From a virus, in the IMG/VR virus record IMGVR_UViG_3300027797_000020, positions 30,329 through 94,328 of that record: 64,000 bases of DNA, one strand, 5' to 3'. Shown one piece after another: positions 59,126 through 64,000 of the stretch. The notes beneath the pieces were generated by a model, which made no database searches, had not been told where the DNA came from, and was given only the letters and a program-made list of their open reading frames with translations. Both the position numbers and the translations under genes were made by a program. Position 1 is the first letter of the stretch, and every line of letters begins with the position of its first letter.

Positions 59126-61573
59126 ATGGGGTTCATTTTAAAAAACACATCAGGATTAGTTAACACTAGATTTACTGATGCCGCAAGACAAAAGTTGTCT
59201 CAGGGTAAATTTAATATTAGCTATTTCCAAGTTGGGGATAGCGAGGTATTGTATAATACGTTACTACCACCATACTCTCAATCGAGTACTATGATATTAG
59301 AACCTGGATTTAACGCTCAGAACTCAAGTGGTTCACCTGAGTCAAACAAACAAAATGTTAAATATCCTTATTATGTTGATGGTACAGGTGGAAATACTTA
59401 TGGTATTCCTTATATGGATTCGGTAGTGAGTCCAATCTATAATACTGCGGCGATTAGAGGGTTTTTTAGTGGTGATACTAGTGTATTACCAACGAGTTGG
59501 AGTGCATTAACGGGTAATGAGTATGTTGTTAATTCAAATTATGTTGTTGATATGAGTAGTTTGACGGGTGGTACTGTGATAACGATAAGTCAATTAAGTT
59601 GTAATCCTGTTCAGTATACACAACCATCTATTGGTGATATTATAACAATTTATTACGATAATTTAGGTGCTAGTAATTGTGGTTGTGTTAATTTACCAAC
59701 ACCCACACCAACGCCAACACAATATGCGACTCCGACACCAACACCTTCAAACACTCCAAGTCCTGATGCTCCTTGTGCTTCACCAACACCAACACCATCA
59801 CCAACACCGAGTTTTTGTCCTGACCCAACACCTACCCCAATAAAAACGGATTGTGTTATGTCGATGTCGTCTTGTTATCCTGTTTTAACGTACAGAGTTG
59901 TTGATTATTGTAATGATAAAATAACATTGGATAGACCCACACCTGACTTTTCAAACATTTCTTTTTCAGGTTGTTACGCTCGTGTTTTGGTATATCCAAA
60001 ACTAATTACAGGTTTGTATGATAGTACAACTCCGTTGGCTCATTACAGTGATGATATTATTAATTTTGAATCTGTTTGTAGTGTTGATGAATTTAATGTG
60101 AAAATTTGGAATATGAATATTCCTTGGTCTGAAGACTTAGCAGGTTTAGATTCTGCGGTTTATAAAGATTACCAACAATTTGGTTCGGTTAATTATTTAG
60201 GGACTAAAGAATACTTAGGTTATATGTCAAATAGTGGTCAAACATTTTTCATAAATAACTCATTAAGTGCGGAAACAACTGACACATATTATTATAATTC
60301 ATTTGATGAGGTGGTTAAAGTTGAACCTGAAGAACAAAAGGCTATCGCGATAATTCACTACACTAACCAAACTATTGATTTATTCTATGGTGAAAAATTC
60401 GCTTTAGAACCTTATGACCCATCGGCACCTTATGACACTACAGGTCAAGCTAGAAACTTTAAATTACATATACCTTGGTTGATGTGGCATAAAAATCCTG
60501 ATTGTTGTTATGGTGAGACATTTTGGGTTGACCCTCCAGGTTTTGATGACTTGACTGTTTCAGGTAGTCCATTGTTTAAGGTTCATTATTTACAATCAAC
60601 TAAAAATGTTGATATGAACTCACCTGGTCTTAGATATTATAATTTATGGGATACTAATCCAACGGCAAGTGGGTATCCAAGTAGAATTGGTAAAGTGTTT
60701 CCTGACGATAGGTTGATTGTTATTGATGATGAAGAGATAATTGCTGCGATGTCGTACAAATCTAATCGAAATTGGACGTTACCCGCAACTAAATTGTTTT
60801 TATCAACACCTAACACTTGTAATACAATTGGTGATAGTGTGGGGGTTCTAACGGGGTCTAACGAGACTATGTTTGTAACTTATAGATTCACAAACACAAC
60901 CGCATTTACAAATTCATTACATTGTAACTACTATTCTAAAATTACCGGACCAAACAACGTGTGTAATCCGTCTGATTCTGAAAATGTTGGAGTTAGATTT
61001 GGTGGTAATTTATCTTGTTTGACTAATTATACTGATTCATTTAAACAAGGGTTTTTTGCTGAAAAAATTGAGATTCTTTGTCAAAAAGTTGCGACGGGGG
61101 ATAGACCAAATTCTGATGATTGGTTGATAATTGATATGACAGACCAAATTAGTGCAAGTACTATTAACGGTTATATAACTGAAGATGTTTTGACAGGTAC
61201 TACGTTTGTTATAACTAAAGATTTGTATGATACTGCGGTTGCTAATATGGATTATTATAATTTGGATGATTATGTTAATTTAACGGAACAAGGTGTTACA
61301 ACACCACAACTTAATTTTGGTGATGAGTATTATTTCTATGGTTCACTTGAAACTGATATTGAGGCAACAATCTATGAAATGAGGTATAAGGTTAATTTAT
61401 CAAACACTGAGTTTCAAACAAGTACAAATCCAACTTGGACTACAACAACAAAACCATATATAACTGAAATTGGTCTTTACGATTCTGATAAAAACCTTAT
61501 GATTGTATCTAAGCTACAATCACCGGTTTTAAGACAGGGGATTCAGCAATTTTTAGTTAAATTTGATTTTTAA
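59126..61573 (+). CDS. Baseplate/tail-fibre attachment protein with internal Pro/Thr linker
   Basis: N-terminal TDAARQKL...ISYFQVGDSE and C-terminal YITEIGLYDSDKNLMIVSKL (tail-collar/fibre anchor-like). Confidence 0.6.
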   Translation: MGFILKNTSGLVNTRFTDAARQKLSQGKFNISYFQVGDSEVLYNTLLPPYSQSSTMILEPGFNAQNSSGSPESNKQNVKYPYYVDGTGGNTYGIPYMDSVVSPIYNTAAIRGFFSGDTSVLPTSWSALTGNEYVVNSNYVVDMSSLTGGTVITISQLSCNPVQYTQPSIGDIITIYYDNLGASNCGCVNLPTPTPTPTQYATPTPTPSNTPSPDAPCASPTPTPSPTPSFCPDPTPTPIKTDCVMSMSSCYPVLTYRVVDYCNDKITLDRPTPDFSNISFSGCYARVLVYPKLITGLYDSTTPLAHYSDDIINFESVCSVDEFNVKIWNMNIPWSEDLAGLDSAVYKDYQQFGSVNYLGTKEYLGYMSNSGQTFFINNSLSAETTDTYYYNSFDEVVKVEPEEQKAIAIIHYTNQTIDLFYGEKFALEPYDPSAPYDTTGQARNFKLHIPWLMWHKNPDCCYGETFWVDPPGFDDLTVSGSPLFKVHYLQSTKNVDMNSPGLRYYNLWDTNPTASGYPSRIGKVFPDDRLIVIDDEEIIAAMSYKSNRNWTLPATKLFLSTPNTCNTIGDSVGVLTGSNETMFVTYRFTNTTAFTNSLHCNYYSKITGPNNVCNPSDSENVGVRFGGNLSCLTNYTDSFKQGFFAEKIEILCQKVATGDRPNSDDWLIIDMTDQISASTINGYITEDVLTGTTFVITKDLYDTAVANMDYYNLDDYVNLTEQGVTTPQLNFGDEYYFYGSLETDIEATIYEMRYKVNLSNTEFQTSTNPTWTTTTKPYITEIGLYDSDKNLMIVSKLQSPVLRQGIQQFLVKFDF
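59696..59840 (+). repeat. Pro/Thr-rich (PT)n linker punctuated by Cys
   Basis: PTPTPTPTQYATPTPTPSNTPSPDAPCASPTPTPSPTPSFCPDPTPTP. Confidence 0.85.
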
Positions 61574-61574
61574 T

Positions 61575-62174
61575 ATGAAGAAAACATTAAAAGAAAGTCC
61601 TAAAGTTTTAGGACTTGATGTTTCTACCAAAACTATTGGATGGGCATTATTTGATATACAAAGTCGAGAACTTTTAGAATTAACACATATTTCGCCAGTA
61701 CCAAAACCTGTAGAAGAAAGTAAAATTAAAGAACTTTTACTTAAAAGTGACATTTTCAAAAGTAAATTGGTTCAATATAAAGATATGGGAATAACAAGTG
61801 TTGTTATTGAAGAACCATTACTTAATTCTAACAACATTAGGACCGTTCAAACTCTATTGAGATTTAATAGTTTTGTTTGTAAAGTTATTTACGATACGTT
61901 GGGAATCGTCCCTGAGTTTATTTCAACATATAATTCAAGAAAATTCGCATTCCCTGAGTTGGTTCAAGAGAATGATAAAGGAAAACACGTTTTATTTGGT
62001 GGATTACCAAAAGATATTGACAAGAAAATGATTGTGTGGGAGAAGGTTGCTAAACGAGAACCACAGATTCAATGGTTATATACTAAAAACAACACATTGA
62101 AAAAAGAGAATTTTGACCAAACAGACGCCTATTGTTGTGTGTTAGGTTATATGACTCAAGAAAAAATTTGGTAA
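61575..62174 (+). CDS. ruvC: RuvC-like Holliday junction resolvase
   Basis: VLGLDVSTKTIGWA, VVIEEP, DQTDAY; ATG 61575. Confidence 0.8.
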   Translation: MKKTLKESPKVLGLDVSTKTIGWALFDIQSRELLELTHISPVPKPVEESKIKELLLKSDIFKSKLVQYKDMGITSVVIEEPLLNSNNIRTVQTLLRFNSFVCKVIYDTLGIVPEFISTYNSRKFAFPELVQENDKGKHVLFGGLPKDIDKKMIVWEKVAKREPQIQWLYTKNNTLKKENFDQTDAYCCVLGYMTQEKIW

Positions 62175-62188
62175 ATTATTTTAATAAT

Positions 62189-62220
62189 AAAAAAAGGGAA
62201 GATAATACTTCCCTTTTTTT
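62189..62220. terminator. Bidirectional terminator
   Basis: A7-GGGAAG-N6-CTTCCC-T7 between convergent genes. Confidence 0.85.
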
Positions 62221-62275
62221 ATGCCCTTTTGTTTTGTAATTCGGAAATGTTTTACAATACAAATATAATGATAAA

Positions 62276-64000
62276 TTATTGTAATTCTATAAATCCTGTA
62301 CCATCTTGTAATATTATGTAATCCCCTGTTTGTAATAATAATAGATTTCCTAATGTTGTTGGTGTTGGTGATGGTGTATATGATGGGGTAACACTTGGTG
62401 TGAATGAAGGTGTGACTGTTGGTGTGATTGATGTTGTTGGTGTAATAGTATTTGTTGGGGTAACCGTAGGTGTTGAGGTTTCAGTTATTGTGGGTGTTAC
62501 AGTTGGTGTTGAAGTGTTAGTTTGTGTTGGTGTGTTAGTTGGTGTTTGTGTTACGGTAATCGTCGGTGTTTGAGTGTTGGTTGGGGTTGGCGTCGGAGTT
62601 GGACAAGGGTTTATTGCGGTACAAGGTGAACAATCATAATCACCATCGAAAGGTGGGTAAACAGGTTTAGTATCGTCCCAAACAATGGTTGGAGAACCTA
62701 TTGCAGGATATGTCCCGACTTTATAACAATATCCATTAGTTGCGACAACAACATAATTAGCGTCTACTCCGGCGTATGTCATAGGAATACGAATAACATC
62801 ATATGTTACATATGTCCCACAACAAGGATATGATTCAGCAATAACATAAACAGTTGTTGGTGTTGGGGTTGGTGTTTTAGTTGGTGTTACAGTGTTAGTT
62901 GGAGTGACGGTTGATGTGTTAGTTGGTGTTGGGGTAACTGTAGGTGTTGAAGTTTCTGTAATTGTAGGTGTTACTGTAGGTGTTGACGTGTTAGTTTGTG
63001 TTACGGTAATAGTCGGAGTAACAGTTGGTGTTTGAGTTTCAGTTATTGTTGGTGTTACAGTAGGTGTTGGAGTTACAGTTGGTGTTTGAGTTTCAGTTAT
63101 TGTTGGAGTAACCGTAGGTGTTTGAGTTTCAGTGATAGTTGGTGTGACAGTTGGGGTTGAAGTTTCGGTTATTGTTGGGGTAACTGTAGGTGTTGATGTA
63201 TTAGTTTGTGTTGGAGTAACCGTAGGCGTTGAAGTGTTGGTTTGTGTTGGAGTAACCGTAGGTGTTTGAGTTTCAGTAATAGTTGGTGTGACAGTTGGTG
63301 TTGAAGTTTCGGTAATTGTTGGAGTTACTGTTGGTGTTGGAGTTTCGGTAATTGTTGGAGTAACTGTAGGTGTTTGAGTTTCAGTTATTGTTGGAGTTAC
63401 AGTAGGTGTTGAAGTGTTAGTTTGTGTTGGAGTTACAGTAGGTGTTGAAGTGTTAGTCTGAGTTGGGGTAACTGTTGGAGTTTGCGTTTCGGTAATTGTT
63501 GGGGTTACAGTTGGTGTTGATGTATTTGTTTGAGTTGGGGTAACTGTAGGTGTTGATGTATTTGTTTGAGTTGGTGTAACTGTAGGTGTTGATGTTTCAG
63601 TTATTGTTGGTGTAACTGTTGGCGTTGAAGTTTCGGTAATTGTTGGTGTAACCGTTGGTGTTGAAGTTTCGGTAATTGTTGGTGTAACCGTTGGTGTTGA
63701 TGTATTTGTTTGAGTCGGGGTTACAGTTGAAGTTGGGGTGACAGTTGGTGTTTGGGTTTCTGTAATGGTGGGTGTTACTGTCGGAGTAACCGTTGGAGTT
63801 TGCGTTTCAGTTATTGTTGGGGTAACTGTTGGCGTTGAAGTATATGTGACTGTTGGTGTGACAGTTGGTGTTGAAGTGTTAGTTTGGGTTGGGGTTACAG
63901 TCGGTGTTTGCGTTTCAGTTATTGTTGGGGTAACAGTTGGTGTTGAAGTTTCGGTAATTGTTGGTGTTACAGTTGGTGTTGGGGTAACTGTTTGAGTTGG
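62276..64000 (-). CDS. Mucin-like Thr/Pro repeat protein, C-terminal 574+ aa (start lies beyond window)
   Basis: Frame of the track ORF 62276..62782 appears open to the window end; long (T-x)n repeat, a small Cys domain, a second TP block, and C-terminal LLLLQTGDYIILQDG motif. Confidence 0.85.
   Translation of the reverse strand, partial: PTQTVTPTPTVTPTITETSTPTVTPTITETQTPTVTPTQTNTSTPTVTPTVTYTSTPTVTPTITETQTPTVTPTVTPTITETQTPTVTPTSTVTPTQTNTSTPTVTPTITETSTPTVTPTITETSTPTVTPTITETSTPTVTPTQTNTSTPTVTPTQTNTSTPTVTPTITETQTPTVTPTQTNTSTPTVTPTQTNTSTPTVTPTITETQTPTVTPTITETPTPTVTPTITETSTPTVTPTITETQTPTVTPTQTNTSTPTVTPTQTNTSTPTVTPTITETSTPTVTPTITETQTPTVTPTITETQTPTVTPTPTVTPTITETQTPTVTPTITVTQTNTSTPTVTPTITETSTPTVTPTPTNTSTVTPTNTVTPTKTPTPTPTTVYVIAESYPCCGTYVTYDVIRIPMTYAGVDANYVVVATNGYCYKVGTYPAIGSPTIVWDDTKPVYPPFDGDYDCSPCTAINPCPTPTPTPTNTQTPTITVTQTPTNTPTQTNTSTPTVTPTITETSTPTVTPTNTITPTTSITPTVTPSFTPSVTPSYTPSPTPTTLGNLLLLQTGDYIILQDGTGFIELQ
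62852..64000 (-). repeat. Degenerate 36-bp / 12-aa tandem repeat (TPTVTPTITET[SQ] / TPTVTPTQTNTS)
   Basis: About 30 units with synonymous variation; Thr at every second residue. Confidence 0.9.

Noticed and set aside
754-61759. Short track ORFs nested in or antisense to long genes (e.g. 754-1038, 2033-2272, 6484-6807, 34080-34358, 38804-39136, 57582-57791)
   Set aside because: Overlap well-supported genes, have no motifs, and look like shadow ORFs
63738-63995. Plus-strand Val/Gly repeat ORF
   Set aside because: Antisense shadow of the Thr/Pro repeat gene
1-64000. Stop-codon reassignment (TAG to Gln, as in Lak megaphages)
   Set aside because: Very long ORFs are intact in code 11 and coding density is near complete; no fragmentation at TAG
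62852-64000. CRISPR array or non-coding satellite
   Set aside because: No invariant repeat with unique spacers; variation is synonymous within an open minus-strand frame
62852-64000. Ice-binding TxT beta-solenoid
   Set aside because: Frequent Pro (every 4-8 residues) is incompatible with a beta-helix; an extended mucin-like stalk fits better

Overview
This 64 kb AT-rich window comes from a large contractile-tailed (myovirus-like, probably jumbo) bacteriophage genome. It is read in standard code 11 and is almost entirely coding. From left to right: the C-terminal part of a family B DNA polymerase; a minus-strand block (hypothetical, T4 gp13-like neck protein, a superoxide dismutase fused to a putative PD-(D/E)xK nuclease, SNF2 helicase); a neck/tail module (gp14-like, gp15-like, tail sheath, HAD phosphatase, tail tube, gp26-like chaperone, tape measure, tube-initiator/OmpA protein, gp53/LysM, baseplate hub); a replication block behind a sigma70-type promoter (SSB, RecA/UvsX, 5'-3' exonuclease, DnaB, nrdB, nrdA); baseplate wedge genes (gp25-, gp6-, P2 gpI-like) with Cys-rich SprB-repeat adhesin/fibre genes; RuvC; and the 3' part of a very long Thr/Pro mucin-like gene. 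SprB repeats, a DUF5018-like Ig domain and SD-less A-rich leaders point to a Bacteroidota host (inference). Best candidates for new biology: (1) a glycosyltransferase resembling plant peptidyl-Ser/Hyp O-glycosyltransferases (GT96/GT95), set among Thr/Pro mucin-like virion genes, i.e. a possible phage O-glycosylation system; (2) the SOD-nuclease fusion with repeated [IL]-T-E putative protease sites; (3) a probable +1 programmed frameshift (UUU_UUU_CGU_C) upstream of the tape measure gene; (4) a TATTTAT(A) late-promoter-like motif; (5) apparent avoidance of GATC and CATG. All product calls come from motif recognition, not database searches.
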